DNA from: a bacterium
GTDB lineage: Bacteria > UBA8248
DNA: 64,000 nt
Assembly: GCA_965213625.1 (NCBI GenBank)
Contig: CBDBZU010000004.1
Span: 1,888,001 to 1,952,000 of the forward strand
Reading direction: 5' to 3'
The position numbers were made by a program, and so were the translations under genes. The notes beneath the pieces were generated by a model. The model was given only the letters and a program-made list of their open reading frames with translations, was not told where the DNA came from and searched no databases. The stretch's first letter is position 1; every line of letters begins with the position of its first letter. Below, piece by piece: positions 19,939 through 30,484 of the stretch.

Positions 19939-20922
19939 ATGTTCAAGCCTTGGGCCCACATTCAATGGTTCAGCATGGGAGCGGGCGTCCTTGCCCTCAT
20001 ACTCTTGCCCTCTTTCGTGGAAAACGACGAGATCCGAAAGTGGATGGACATCCTGATGGTGGCTATTCTGGCGACCAGCTGGAATTTCATCGGCGGCCTG
20101 ACGGGCTACCCCTCTTTCGCGCCGGCGGCCTTTTTCGGGCTGGGTGCGTACACGACGGCCATCCTCATGAACGCAGGTTTCAATTTTTTCATCACGTTGG
20201 GTATCGGCGCCTGTTTGGGCGCGCTCGTGGCGCTCGCCTTGGGCGTTCCCATATTGAGGCTGAGGGGCCACTACTTCGCCATCGCCACCTTCGGCGTAGC
20301 GGAGTTCTTCCGTGAACTGGCGGATAATCTGCGCATCACCGGCGGGGGGGACGGCATCAACCTGCCCCAGATTACGGGCGGGCCGGATTATTTCACGCGC
20401 TTTTTTTACTTCTCCATGCTCGGGGTGGCCGTGCTCGCGGTCTTGACGCAGTATTTCGTCACGCGACACCGCTTGGGCTATGGACTCGTCGCCATACGCG
20501 AGAACGAGGACGCGGCCGCCATGACGGGTGTGGATACGACGAAATACAAGATCATCGCCTTCGTGCTCTCATCCATTTTCCCCGCGATGGGCGGTGGTGT
20601 GTACGCCTACCGCGCCGCGTTTTTGGAGCCAATCGATGTTTTCGACGTCATGTTCTCGATCAAGGCGATTGTGATGTCGATGCTCGGCGGCGTGGGGACG
20701 GTGATGGGCCCGCTCGTAGGCGCGGTGATGATGGAATACTTGTCGGATTACCTCTGGGGGGCGTTCACGGAATTCCACAGCGCATTTTTGGGAATCATTA
20801 TCGTGCTGGTCGTATTGTTCATTCCGCGCGGCCTCATGACCCTCTCCCAGGAAGTGAAGAGCCGAGGATGGGGGTCATTGGGGCTGATTCTCAAGAGCAA
20901 CATACAGAGGTTCAAGGTGTGA
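19939..20922 (+). CDS. ABC permease (LivM-like)
   Basis: SWNFIGGLTGY, LRLRGHYFAIAT, AIRENEDAA. Confidence 0.9.
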   Translation: MFKPWAHIQWFSMGAGVLALILLPSFVENDEIRKWMDILMVAILATSWNFIGGLTGYPSFAPAAFFGLGAYTTAILMNAGFNFFITLGIGACLGALVALALGVPILRLRGHYFAIATFGVAEFFRELADNLRITGGGDGINLPQITGGPDYFTRFFYFSMLGVAVLAVLTQYFVTRHRLGYGLVAIRENEDAAAMTGVDTTKYKIIAFVLSSIFPAMGGGVYAYRAAFLEPIDVFDVMFSIKAIVMSMLGGVGTVMGPLVGAVMMEYLSDYLWGAFTEFHSAFLGIIIVLVVLFIPRGLMTLSQEVKSRGWGSLGLILKSNIQRFKV

Positions 20923-21686
20923 GCCAAACACTATTGGAGGGCAGGGGCGTCACGAAGCGATTCGGCGGACTCACCGCTGTCTCGGCGGTGGATTTCACCG
21001 TGCGCAAGGGGGAGATCCTGGGCGTCATCGGCCCCAACGGCGCGGGGAAGACGACGCTTCTGAATTGCATCACGGGCCTCGACCCGGCGAACGAGGGCGA
21101 AATCCTCTTTCATGGCGAGCGCATCGAAACCATGAAACCCCACTCTATTACGCGTATGGGAGTCGCACGTACGTTTCAGATCGTCCAGCCTTTCGCGGGT
21201 CTCGCGGTGCGCGAGAACGTCGTGATGGGCGCGCTGTTCGGTTCTCAGAAATCAAAGAAAGAGGTGAAGCGCGCCCAGGAACTCGCGGATGAGATGCTGG
21301 CGTTCGTGGGCTTGAGCGACAAGTCAGCGCAACTCGCCTCCCAGCTCACTCTCGCCGAGAGAAAACGCCTGGAATTCGCCAAATCCCTGGCCACGGAACC
21401 GGAAGTGTTGCTGCTTGATGAGGTGAATGCAGGGCTCAACACGACGGAAATCGAAAACGCCATCTCTCTCATCCACAAGGTGAGGGAACAAGGCGTGACC
21501 ATCCTGGTGATCGAGCATTTGATGAAGGTGATTACGGACCTCTCGGACCGCGTCGTCGTTCTGCACCACGGGGAGAAGATAGCGGAAGGTTTGCCGAGTG
21601 AGGTCACGAGCGACGAGCAGGTCATCAAAGCGTATCTGGGCGAGAAGTACGTGGCGATGATGAAAAAACTGGCCGAGGAGTCTTAG
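20919..21686 (+). CDS. ABC ATPase (LivG-like)
   Basis: [23 protein letters not shown]; GTG start overlaps the upstream stop. Confidence 0.9.
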   Translation: MSQTLLEGRGVTKRFGGLTAVSAVDFTVRKGEILGVIGPNGAGKTTLLNCITGLDPANEGEILFHGERIETMKPHSITRMGVARTFQIVQPFAGLAVRENVVMGALFGSQKSKKEVKRAQELADEMLAFVGLSDKSAQLASQLTLAERKRLEFAKSLATEPEVLLLDEVNAGLNTTEIENAISLIHKVREQGVTILVIEHLMKVITDLSDRVVVLHHGEKIAEGLPSEVTSDEQVIKAYLGEKYVAMMKKLAEES

Positions 21687-21691
21687 GCGTG

Positions 21692-22429
21692 ATGACGCAT
21701 GAGTCACTCGGCGGGGAGAGCCTTCTCGAAGTACGCGGCTTGGCGGGTGGGTATGATGTCGTGCAGGTTTTGTGGGGCATCGATTTGAACGTACGCGAAG
21801 GCGAGATTGTCGCCATCGTCGGCAGCAATGGCGTTGGAAAATCCACTTTCCTGCGAATGCTGTCGGGCGTTCTCCCTCATCAGGCGGGAACGATAACGCT
21901 CGGTGGTGAGTCCATCGAGGGAATGGCGCCGGAAGGTGTCGTCGCCAAAGGGATTTCCCATGTGCCCGAGGGCCGCAGGCTCTTCGCCGCGATGAGCGTG
22001 GAGGAGAACCTTTTGATGGGCGCCTACGCCCGGAAAATGGCGGATCAGGAATTGGCGGCGGATTTGGAGAGAGTGTACGGGTTTTTCCCGAGATTGGCGG
22101 AGCGGAAATCCCAGCTTGCGGGGAGCATGTCCGGCGGTGAGCAGCAGATGTGCGCGATTGCCCGGGGATTGATGGCGCGTCCCAGGTTGCTCTTGATCGA
22201 TGAGCTCTCCCTGGGGCTAGCGCCCCGTCTGGTGGAGGAACTGTGTGGATTCGTCCGGCAGATCAACGAGGAAGGCGTCGCCATCATTCTCGTGGAGCAA
22301 GATGTGCTGACCGCGTTCGAACTCGCGAGCCGGGCCTATGTATTCGAAACGGGTCGCGTAACAATCTCCGGCACCTCGGATGAGCTGCTGGCGAATCCCG
22401 AAGTGAAAAAAGCGTATCTGGGCATGTAG
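21692..22429 (+). CDS. ABC ATPase (LivF-like)
   Basis: GSNGVGKS, VPEGRRLF, MSGGEQQM. Confidence 0.9.
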   Translation: MTHESLGGESLLEVRGLAGGYDVVQVLWGIDLNVREGEIVAIVGSNGVGKSTFLRMLSGVLPHQAGTITLGGESIEGMAPEGVVAKGISHVPEGRRLFAAMSVEENLLMGAYARKMADQELAADLERVYGFFPRLAERKSQLAGSMSGGEQQMCAIARGLMARPRLLLIDELSLGLAPRLVEELCGFVRQINEEGVAIILVEQDVLTAFELASRAYVFETGRVTISGTSDELLANPEVKKAYLGM

Positions 22430-22526
22430 CTTGTTTTCATATACTCTGTCTGGAATCAAAATGCATGAAAATAGCGAAGAACTCGAGAACGCAAGAGGTA
22501 GCATTCACTTAATGAGGAGGCGAATC

Positions 22527-23735
22527 ATGAGAAGGCGGAATTTGTTGTTTCTCATCGCAACTGTCTTGTTTGTCACCTTCGGCTTGACGGGCCTACAGGG
22601 TCTAAGCGGCGCCCAGGCGGCGGAGGTCAAGTTCGGCGCTGCATTGCCGCTCACGGGTCCGCTCGCCACCGAGGGGAAAAAGCAGCAGGCGGGTTATGAA
22701 ATCTGGCGCGAGCGCGTGAACAAGGCGGGCGGCATCAACGTAGGCGGCAAGAAGATGAAAGTGAAGATCGTCTACTACGACTACGAGAGCAAGACGCCGA
22801 CGGCCACCAAACTCGCCGAGCGGCTCATCACCAAGGAAAAGGTGGACCTCCTTCTGGGCCCGTTCGGTAGCGGAGCGACGAAATCCGTCGCCGCGATTAC
22901 GGAGCGCTATCAGGTTCCCCTCATCGCGCCCGTGGCGAGTTCCGAGCCGATTTTCGACCAGGGCTATAAATACCTCTTCGGCCTCCTGGCGCCGAATGCG
23001 TATTTACCGAACAACTTCCTTGCGCTCTTGAAAGAGCAAAAGCCGATGCCGAAGACTATAGCGTTCGTGACGCGAAACGACTTCTTCCCGCGCGCCGTCA
23101 CGAGGATGATCAGAAAAGCGGCGAAAAAACAGGGTTTCACGGATGTTTACTACGCCGAGTTCCCGAAAGACTCCAAGGACATGTCCACCTGGCTCACGAT
23201 CGTGAAGGGCAAGAATCCCGACGTGCTCATGGTGGCCGGGTATCTTCCCGACACCCTCCTCGCCACCAAGCAGGCGAACGAGTTGGGAGTGAAACCCAAA
23301 ATTCTGTTCACCATGGTGGGTCCGGTATACGCACAGTTCACGGAATCGCTCAAGGGCGCGGCCAACAACATCCTGACCGCCGCCTGGTGGGGCGAGGCGC
23401 TCGATTACAAGGGCGATTTCATCGGCTCCGCGCGGGATTTCGGGAAAATCTGGCGCGCGAAGTTTAAGCAGGAGCCGGACTACGTCGCCGCGGCGTCGAC
23501 CGCAGCAGGCATCGTCGCCCAGAAGGCCATCGAGGCGGCGGGCACGCTGGATAAGAAGAAGGTTCGCGATGCCATTGCGAACACCAACTTGAAAACTTTC
23601 TTCGGCCCCGTGAAGTTCGACAAGCTCAACATGAACGCGGCCAGCGCCATCGTTTTGTTCCAGGTGCAGGACGGAAAACGCAAGACAGTGGGACCGAAGA
23701 GCGTGGCGAACGCGAAGTTCAGGTATCCGAGATAG
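22527..23735 (+). CDS. ABC substrate-binding protein (LivK-like)
   Basis: Signal peptide, GAALPLTGPLA, VNKAGGINVGG, LLGPFGSG. Confidence 0.88.
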   Translation: MRRRNLLFLIATVLFVTFGLTGLQGLSGAQAAEVKFGAALPLTGPLATEGKKQQAGYEIWRERVNKAGGINVGGKKMKVKIVYYDYESKTPTATKLAERLITKEKVDLLLGPFGSGATKSVAAITERYQVPLIAPVASSEPIFDQGYKYLFGLLAPNAYLPNNFLALLKEQKPMPKTIAFVTRNDFFPRAVTRMIRKAAKKQGFTDVYYAEFPKDSKDMSTWLTIVKGKNPDVLMVAGYLPDTLLATKQANELGVKPKILFTMVGPVYAQFTESLKGAANNILTAAWWGEALDYKGDFIGSARDFGKIWRAKFKQEPDYVAAASTAAGIVAQKAIEAAGTLDKKKVRDAIANTNLKTFFGPVKFDKLNMNAASAIVLFQVQDGKRKTVGPKSVANAKFRYPR

Positions 23736-23814
23736 TTCTATAGTTTTCGGGCCGGATTCAGGAGAGCCGCCCTGGTTGAGGCGGCGCTCCAGGTCTGGTG
23801 TTTTGAGGGTTTTG

Positions 23815-24612
23815 ATGCCGACGATTCACCAGTTGGCCGACAACGAGGTGCCCGAGGCGGCGCGCGATCTCGTAGAACGCGTCAAGACGCGCGAGAAGCG
23901 CGTTTTCGGGGTCGATACGCTCTCGAACATCTGGCGCTCCATGACCCACCATCCCGAATACATGAAGGCGAATTGGGAGCGTTCGCGCGCCACGATGCAG
24001 CGTGGAGACGTGCCGCCTTTGGTAAAGGAGATGGTCGCCTCGTCGGTTTCAATCGTCAATGCGTGTGAATACTGAATCGATTCTCATATCGCCGCGGTCA
24101 TGCGGATGGGGGTCGATGAAGTGGGCATCACGGAGTTGATCGGATTGACGGATCACGTCTCGGGAATGAACAAGGTCGCTTTTGGTTTGTTGTTGGAAGA
24201 TGAGGATACGACACCCCTTTTGCCTTATCCGGATGAACTGGAGATCGCATCTGTCGTTCAGGAGCTGATGCGTGAGGTGGAGGATGTGGAATCGGCGCGA
24301 CTGGGCAGGGATGGCATTCCGCGCTATTGGCGCTGTCTGGCGCGGAACCGGCATTATTTCGAATCGACGTGGAACAAGCACAAGCTCATGCTCGATGGAG
24401 GCGTTCTCGAAAAGCAGGCCAAAGCGGCCGTGGGTTATGGCGTAAGCGCCACGAACGGGTCCAGGTATTTTATACGGTATTTTCATTCTTATCTGGTGAA
24501 TCTGGGCTGGGACCCGGGGAGAATTCTCGAAATTCTCGGCGTAGTGGACCACTACAACAGTTTCAACGCCCTGGCGACGGGAATGCAGATTGAATCTGAC
24601 ATCAGACCGTGA
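23815..24612 (+). CDS. AhpD/CMD-family probable selenoprotein (CxxU; UGA at 24073-24075 read as Sec)
   Basis: Two ORF-track pieces lie in one frame; read-through gives VNACEY-U-IDSH, matching the AhpD N-x-C-x-Y-C-x-x-x-H motif; hairpin directly after the UGA. Confidence 0.82.
24076..24117 (+). promoter_or_regulatory. Putative bacterial SECIS element
   Basis: ATCGATTCTCAT/ATGGGGGTCGAT 12-bp lower stem (with G-U pairs), ATCG bulge, CCGC/GCGG upper stem, loop GGTCAT. Confidence 0.72.
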
Positions 24613-24686
24613 ATTCTGAGGACTTCTGGCGCGCGCCGGGTGAGCGTGGCTTCTGACGAAGAGAAATTATTAGGGTAGGGCAGGAA

Positions 24687-25541
24687 ATGGAATTTTTACG
24701 CGCTGCATCGGTAGAAGAGGCGCTAGCGGCTGCGCGGGATGGGGCCGCTTTCGTGGCGGGCGGAACGAACCTCGTGCCGGACGTGCTCTTTAGACGCAAG
24801 AAAATAGCGCGCGCGGTAGACATCAGCCGTCTCGATGAGCTTCGCTTCATTGAGGAAGCCGACGGAAAAATCAGAATCGGTGCGCTGGCGACGGTCACGG
24901 ATTTGCTGGATTCTGACTTGATACGCGCCGCCGCCTCGCCTTTGTATGAGAGCGCTCTGGAGTTCGCGGGGCCTTTAGTCAGAAACCGCGCGAGCGTGGC
25001 GGGCAACCTCATGGATGCCTCGCCCGCCGCCGATTTGGCTCCACCGCTTCTGGCGCAGGATGCCGTCATCGAATTGGCTTCAGTGGAGGGCGAGCGCGCC
25101 CTGTCGCTTTCGGAATTTTTTCTGGATTACCGAAAAACAGCTGTACGTCCGGAAGAACTCATGACGGCCATCGTCATCGAGCCGCTGGGGCCAGAGGATC
25201 GTTTCGCATATTACAAACTCCAGCTCAGGCGCGCGATGGCCATCGCCGTCGTGGGTGTGGCGGTCGCTCTCCGGATGAATGGAAGCGTTTGCACGGAGGC
25301 CGCCATCGGTCTGGGGGCAGTAGCCGCGATTCCGTACCGCGCACTCTCCGCCGAGGAACTTCTGCGGGGCAAGGAAATCGGAGAAACGGAAATCGAGGCG
25401 GCGGCAGCCGCCGCGGCGGATAGCGCGCAGCCGATTGACGATGTACGGGCGAGTGCGGCGTACCGCAGGAAAATGTGTGGGGTATTGGTCCGCCGCTTGT
25501 TGAAAAAAGCGCTGGGAATGCCGCAAACCGTGGTCGTGTGA
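24687..25541 (+). CDS. XDH/CoxM-family FAD-binding subunit
   Basis: VAGGTNL, IGALAT, VRNRASVAGNL, PIDDVRASAAYR. Confidence 0.92.
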   Translation: MEFLRAASVEEALAAARDGAAFVAGGTNLVPDVLFRRKKIARAVDISRLDELRFIEEADGKIRIGALATVTDLLDSDLIRAAASPLYESALEFAGPLVRNRASVAGNLMDASPAADLAPPLLAQDAVIELASVEGERALSLSEFFLDYRKTAVRPEELMTAIVIEPLGPEDRFAYYKLQLRRAMAIAVVGVAVALRMNGSVCTEAAIGLGAVAAIPYRALSAEELLRGKEIGETEIEAAAAAAADSAQPIDDVRASAAYRRKMCGVLVRRLLKKALGMPQTVVV

Positions 25542-25571
25542 TGAGAAATATATTTTTTGCTTGAGAAGACG

Positions 25572-26054
25572 ATGAAAACATATGAAATAAAATTGCGCGT
25601 GAACGGGAAGGACGAAGCCCTCGAGGTGCGGGGGGATGAGACGCTCCTGCGCGCGCTCAGGCGAATTGGCTATGTCGAGGTGAAACTCAGTTGCGAGGGC
25701 GGCGATTGCGGTGCGTGCGCCATTTTGCTCGATGGCGTGGCGGTGAACGCCTGCCTCATGTTCGCGGCGCAGGCGGATGGCTCCGAAGTCACCACCGTGC
25801 GCGGTATCGGAACGGAAGACGATCTCCATCCGGTACAGGAGCAACTCATCGAAAAAGGAGGCGTGCAGTGCGGTTTCTGCACACCGGGGATAGTCGTATC
25901 GGCGAAGACGCTTCTGGATGAGAACCCCGCGCCCACGCGTGAGGATATACAACGCGGCCTCGCCGGAAATCTTTGCCGTTGCACGGGTTACAAGAAAATT
26001 TTCGAGGCGGTATCGGCCGCCGCCCGGCAGATGAACCAGGGAGGCGACTCATGA
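25572..26054 (+). CDS. XDH/CoxS-family [2Fe-2S] subunit
   Basis: CEGGDCGAC, QCGFCTPG, NLCRCTGY. Confidence 0.94.
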   Translation: MKTYEIKLRVNGKDEALEVRGDETLLRALRRIGYVEVKLSCEGGDCGACAILLDGVAVNACLMFAAQADGSEVTTVRGIGTEDDLHPVQEQLIEKGGVQCGFCTPGIVVSAKTLLDENPAPTREDIQRGLAGNLCRCTGYKKIFEAVSAAARQMNQGGDS

Positions 26055-28333
26055 ACACGCGCGTCGTCGGCCAACCTCATCCCATCATCGATGCCGTGGA
26101 GAAAGTTTCCGGCGCCACGATTTACATCAATGATCTGGAGCTTCCGGGCGCGCTCACAGGCATGGCGCTCAGGAGCCCTCATCCGCACGCCAAGATATTG
26201 AACCTTGACACCTCGGATGCGGAGCGCTTGCCGGGCGTCGCCGTCGTTCTGTCGAAAAACAACACGCCGGACGCTCCATTCGGCATCAATCACAAGGATG
26301 AAGCCGCATTTTGCCGCGAAAAAGTGCGCTATGTGGGGGACGAAGTCGCCGCCGTGGCGGCCGTGGACGAGGAAACGGCCCGTGAGGCGCTCTCGCTCAT
26401 CCGCGTCGAATATGAGGTTCTGCCCACGGTTGCCGATCCTTTCACGGCGCAGGAGCCGGATGCGCCTCTCGTCCATGATTCCGTCGCCGGAAATATCGCG
26501 AACGAGTTTCACATCAAGCGCGGTGAGATAGACGAGGCGTTTCATGCGGCGGACGCCACGTTTGCGGATGAATTTCACACGCATCTCGCGCACCAGGCCT
26601 ATATCGAGCCCACGGGTTGCGCAGCGCAGTGGCACCCGGACGGAAAAATATCCGTCTGGGGCTGTCTGCAGTCGGTGTTTTTGATTCGCACCTTCATGCT
26701 GGGGCCCGCCATGGGCATGTCCCCCGATGATTTTCGCGTGACGCAGACCAAGCCGGGCGGCGCCTTCGGCGGCAAGCTGGACGTGAAAGCGGCCCTCATG
26801 GCGGCGATGCTGAGCCGAGCGGCGGAAAAGCCGGTCAAATTCATGATGAGCCTGGAAGAAGACTTGATCGCCATGCGCCCGAGGATGCCGGTGCACATAT
26901 CCCTGGAATCCGCCTGGAAGCGCGACGGCGCGCTTGCCGGCAAGCGCGTCAAGATTGTGGCGGAAAACGGCGCTTACAGCTCTCTCTCGCCGGCCATTAT
27001 GAGTTCCATCGCCCTCAGGACGGATAATCTCTACAAAACGCCCGCCGCCGAAATTCAGGGCAAACTCGTCTACACGAACATCATCCCTTCGGGCCAGATG
27101 CGGGGGTTCGGCAACGTGCAGGCGACCTACGCCTGGGAGAGCCACCTCGACAACGTGGCCGATGGACTGGGCCTGGACCCGGCCGATCTTCGCCTCAAGA
27201 ACTACACCGAAAAGGGCGACGTCTCGCTCCACGGCTGGAATATAGCCAGTTGCGCCGTGGCGGACGCCACCAGGCACGTGGTGAAGGAGATGGACTGGAA
27301 AGCCAAGCGCGCCCGGGGAGGCAAGGGTCGCGGCGTGGGTCTCGCCAGCTGCATCCATGTTTCGGGCAACAAGGGGTTTTCCGTGGAACTGGGGCCGGAC
27401 GGCACCGACCCCTCAAGCGCCGTGCTCAGGGTGGATGAGGAGGGCAAGGTCGAAATATGGTCGGGCGAGTCGGACCTGGGCCAGGGCGCCACGAGCGTGA
27501 TGGCCTATATCGCCTCCGAGGTCATGGGTATTCCGGTCGAGCGGTTCAAGGTGCCTCCCACGGATACGGGCTATATGCCTTTCGGCATGGGGGCGTTCGC
27601 CAGCCGCATCACCCTGATTGGCGGCAACGCCGTCAAAATCGCCGCCGAAGACACCCGCAGAAACCTTCTGGACGCGGCGGCGGAAATCATGGAAATCCCT
27701 GCGGAAGAACTCGAAATAATCGAGGGAGAAGTCCGGGCGAAGGCCCTGCCTGAGCGGAAGATGGCGGTGGGCGAGGTCGTCAGCCGGGTGGGCAGCATCA
27801 TCGAGGGTGAGGGCAAGTGGCTGGCCGGGGGAGACGTGCTCGACAAGGATAAATACGGGAATCCCTCGACGACGTATTCTTTCAGCACCCACGGCGCCGA
27901 GGTGGAAGTCGACATGGAGACGGGAATCGTCACCGTTTTGCAGATTTGCTGCGGTCACGACCCCGGCCGGGTGATCAACAGGCTGGGCGCGGAGGGCCAG
28001 GTCGAGGGCGGCGCGGTGCAGGGCATGAGCTTCGCGATGATGGAAGGCCTGGCGCCGCAGGAGGGGCATCTGCGCGGCAGGAATTTCCACGACTACCTCA
28101 TCGCCACCTCGATGGACGCCCCGCCGATTGAGAACGATTTCTTCGAGTCGATGGACCCCTACGGCCCTTATGGCGCCAAGGGGCTGGCCGAGGTGGCGAT
28201 AAACCCGATCACGGCGGCGATTTGCAACGCCGTCTATCACGCGACGGGCGGCGCGCGAATCCGCACCCTGCCCGTCAGCCCCGAACGCGTACTCGAGGCG
28301 ATCGAAGAAGCCAGGATACAAAATCCCTCTTGA
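26051..28333 (+). CDS. XDH-family molybdopterin-binding subunit
   Basis: GGAFGGK, MRGFG, GQVEGGAVQG, GAKGLAE. Confidence 0.93.
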   Translation: MNTRVVGQPHPIIDAVEKVSGATIYINDLELPGALTGMALRSPHPHAKILNLDTSDAERLPGVAVVLSKNNTPDAPFGINHKDEAAFCREKVRYVGDEVAAVAAVDEETAREALSLIRVEYEVLPTVADPFTAQEPDAPLVHDSVAGNIANEFHIKRGEIDEAFHAADATFADEFHTHLAHQAYIEPTGCAAQWHPDGKISVWGCLQSVFLIRTFMLGPAMGMSPDDFRVTQTKPGGAFGGKLDVKAALMAAMLSRAAEKPVKFMMSLEEDLIAMRPRMPVHISLESAWKRDGALAGKRVKIVAENGAYSSLSPAIMSSIALRTDNLYKTPAAEIQGKLVYTNIIPSGQMRGFGNVQATYAWESHLDNVADGLGLDPADLRLKNYTEKGDVSLHGWNIASCAVADATRHVVKEMDWKAKRARGGKGRGVGLASCIHVSGNKGFSVELGPDGTDPSSAVLRVDEEGKVEIWSGESDLGQGATSVMAYIASEVMGIPVERFKVPPTDTGYMPFGMGAFASRITLIGGNAVKIAAEDTRRNLLDAAAEIMEIPAEELEIIEGEVRAKALPERKMAVGEVVSRVGSIIEGEGKWLAGGDVLDKDKYGNPSTTYSFSTHGAEVEVDMETGIVTVLQICCGHDPGRVINRLGAEGQVEGGAVQGMSFAMMEGLAPQEGHLRGRNFHDYLIATSMDAPPIENDFFESMDPYGPYGAKGLAEVAINPITAAICNAVYHATGGARIRTLPVSPERVLEAIEEARIQNPS

Positions 28334-28370
28334 ATTCCCGCAAATTCGCTTCAAATCCCCGGGTGGACTC

Positions 28371-30008
28371 ATGGAAAACCTCTCCTGCGACGTAGTGATT
28401 CTGGGCGGCGGCCCCGCCGCGATGACGGCCGCCATCGCCGCCATGGAAAGCGGTGCGGAAGCACTTCTGGTCTGCAAGCAATCCCCCGGGAATTCAGGCA
28501 ACATCGTCATGGCCCGGGCGGGGCATTCGGCGAATTTCGCGCCCGATGACAGCGCGGCCCTCTTCCTCGAAGACACCCTGGAGGGCGGCGATCACCTGAA
28601 TCATCCGGATGTCGCCGAAGCCATGTGCGCGGATTCCGCCGCGCGGATTCGCGATCTCTACGACTGGGGCATCCCCTTCATCACGCGCGAGGACGGCTCG
28701 TTCGACTTGCACCCCCAGGGCGGCCACAGGCGCGACCGCGGACTCTACCCGGTCAGGAACTGGGGCGTGGAGGTGGCGAGGCCGCTGCGCAAAAAGCTCG
28801 ATGCGGACGGCGCGCGCATTCTCGAACACGTCATGGCGGTCGATTTGCTCGTGGATGATGGGGTCTGCCGGGGGGTAATCGGCTTCGACACGAGAACCGG
28901 CCGGATTTACGCCATCCACGCCCCCGCCACCATACTGGCCACGGGCGGGGCGGGGCAGATATACGCCGAGAACACGAACGCGGGCGGCATCACGGGAGAC
29001 GCCTTCGGCATGGCGCTCAGGGCCGGTCTCGCGCTCTCGGACATGGAATTCGTCCAGTTCTACCCGGCCGTCATCAAGCGGCCAGAGAGCAACATGGTCG
29101 TGGCGCCCACGCTGTTCCCGCTCGGCGCGCGCTTTTTGAACCGGGACGGCGAGGACATCATGCGCGACGTGCCCGGCGGCGGCGCAACGCGGGATTTGAT
29201 GGCCCGTGCGGTCTATCTCGAACTCATGGGGGGCGGCGGGGTGGATGGCGCCGTGCAGATGGACCTCTCAGGCATCCCGATGGCCGATCTCGAGCATTTC
29301 GCCCCCGACAACTTGAAACTCTTCGCCAGGCGCGGCGTGTCGGCCCACAGCAGCGAGATATACGTCGCACCGAAGGCCCATTTCTTCATGGGCGGCGTGC
29401 CGATAGACGGCGCGGGCGCAACGGCCATGCCGGGCTTGTATGCGGCGGGGGAGGCCGGCGCGGGCGCGCACGGGGCGAACCGCCTCTCGAACAACGCCTT
29501 TACCGAGGCCCACACGCTGGGCTGGCGCGCGGCCAAAGCCGCTGCGGAATATGCGCGCAGGGTGAACGGGACGGCGTTAAACCAGGCGCTCGCGCGCAGC
29601 CACGCCGATGCCTTAACGGCGCGCGCGGGGAGGCCCGCCCGCGCGGTGGAGCTCATCCGCGATATCAAGCGCGTCTGCTGGGAGAACGCCGGCATCGTGC
29701 GCGAGGGGACCCTGCTCGAAGAGGCGCGGGGCGAGCTCGGCCGTATCGGGCAAGGTCTTACGGCCTGCGGGGGGAGCGAACCCGCCCGTCTCGTGGAGGC
29801 CGTGGAAGCCGAGAACATGTGCCTGAGCGCGCGGGCGGTGGTGGAGGCCGCCCTCATGCGGACCGAGAGCCGGGGCGCGCACTACCGGACCGATTATCCC
29901 GATCCCGACGACGCGCGGTGGCGGGTGAACGTTTTCGTGAAAAAAGAGGAAAACGCATTTTCGGCCCGCTCCCTTCCCGTCGGCTCGATTGCGTGGCAAA
30001 ATAAGTAA
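28371..30008 (+). CDS. SdhA/FrdA/NadB-family flavoprotein
   Basis: LGGGPA, LATGGAG, DMEFVQFYP, HFFMGG, HGANRL, RTESRGAHYR. Confidence 0.88.
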   Translation: MENLSCDVVILGGGPAAMTAAIAAMESGAEALLVCKQSPGNSGNIVMARAGHSANFAPDDSAALFLEDTLEGGDHLNHPDVAEAMCADSAARIRDLYDWGIPFITREDGSFDLHPQGGHRRDRGLYPVRNWGVEVARPLRKKLDADGARILEHVMAVDLLVDDGVCRGVIGFDTRTGRIYAIHAPATILATGGAGQIYAENTNAGGITGDAFGMALRAGLALSDMEFVQFYPAVIKRPESNMVVAPTLFPLGARFLNRDGEDIMRDVPGGGATRDLMARAVYLELMGGGGVDGAVQMDLSGIPMADLEHFAPDNLKLFARRGVSAHSSEIYVAPKAHFFMGGVPIDGAGATAMPGLYAAGEAGAGAHGANRLSNNAFTEAHTLGWRAAKAAAEYARRVNGTALNQALARSHADALTARAGRPARAVELIRDIKRVCWENAGIVREGTLLEEARGELGRIGQGLTACGGSEPARLVEAVEAENMCLSARAVVEAALMRTESRGAHYRTDYPDPDDARWRVNVFVKKEENAFSARSLPVGSIAWQNK

Positions 30009-30287
30009 ACACGTTATTTATCAGCTATTTATACCTCATTAAATTTATCGTTATTTATCCAAATTTATCTAATTTTTCAGAAATTCGAGCCTTTTCGAAA
30101 AACGGACGGCCCACCCTATCACCAGGCGATCCTGCCACGCCCCCCGGCTCCCGCCACGACGCCAAATGCGGGGAAATGCGCGCGCGATTTTCACCCTTCG
30201 ATACAAACCCTCCTTTCTCAGGGTTGTTGAAAAACCCGGTTCTGATAGCGAGCGCGTACCCCTCGTCATTTTTGGCTACTTAATCGA

Positions 30288-30431
30288 CCTCACCCTGAGT
30301 AGCCGCCGTAGGCGGCGTATCGAAGGGCGAGGGAAGTCGAACGCCTCGCGCCGGGGCGAGAGAATGCAATCCCTCCTTCATTAGTCGGACTTGACCTTCG
30401 ATACGCGGCTTCGCCGCTACTCAGGATGAGG
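30288..30431. repeat. REP/RIME-like composite palindromic element
   Basis: CCTCACCCTGAGTAGC...CGTATCGAAGG is inverted against CCTTCGATACG...GCTACTCAGGATGAGG. Confidence 0.7.
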
Positions 30432-30484
30432 CGGAAAGGTCTTTTTCAACATCCCCCTCAAGAAGGGAGTGAATCGGTTCTCGA

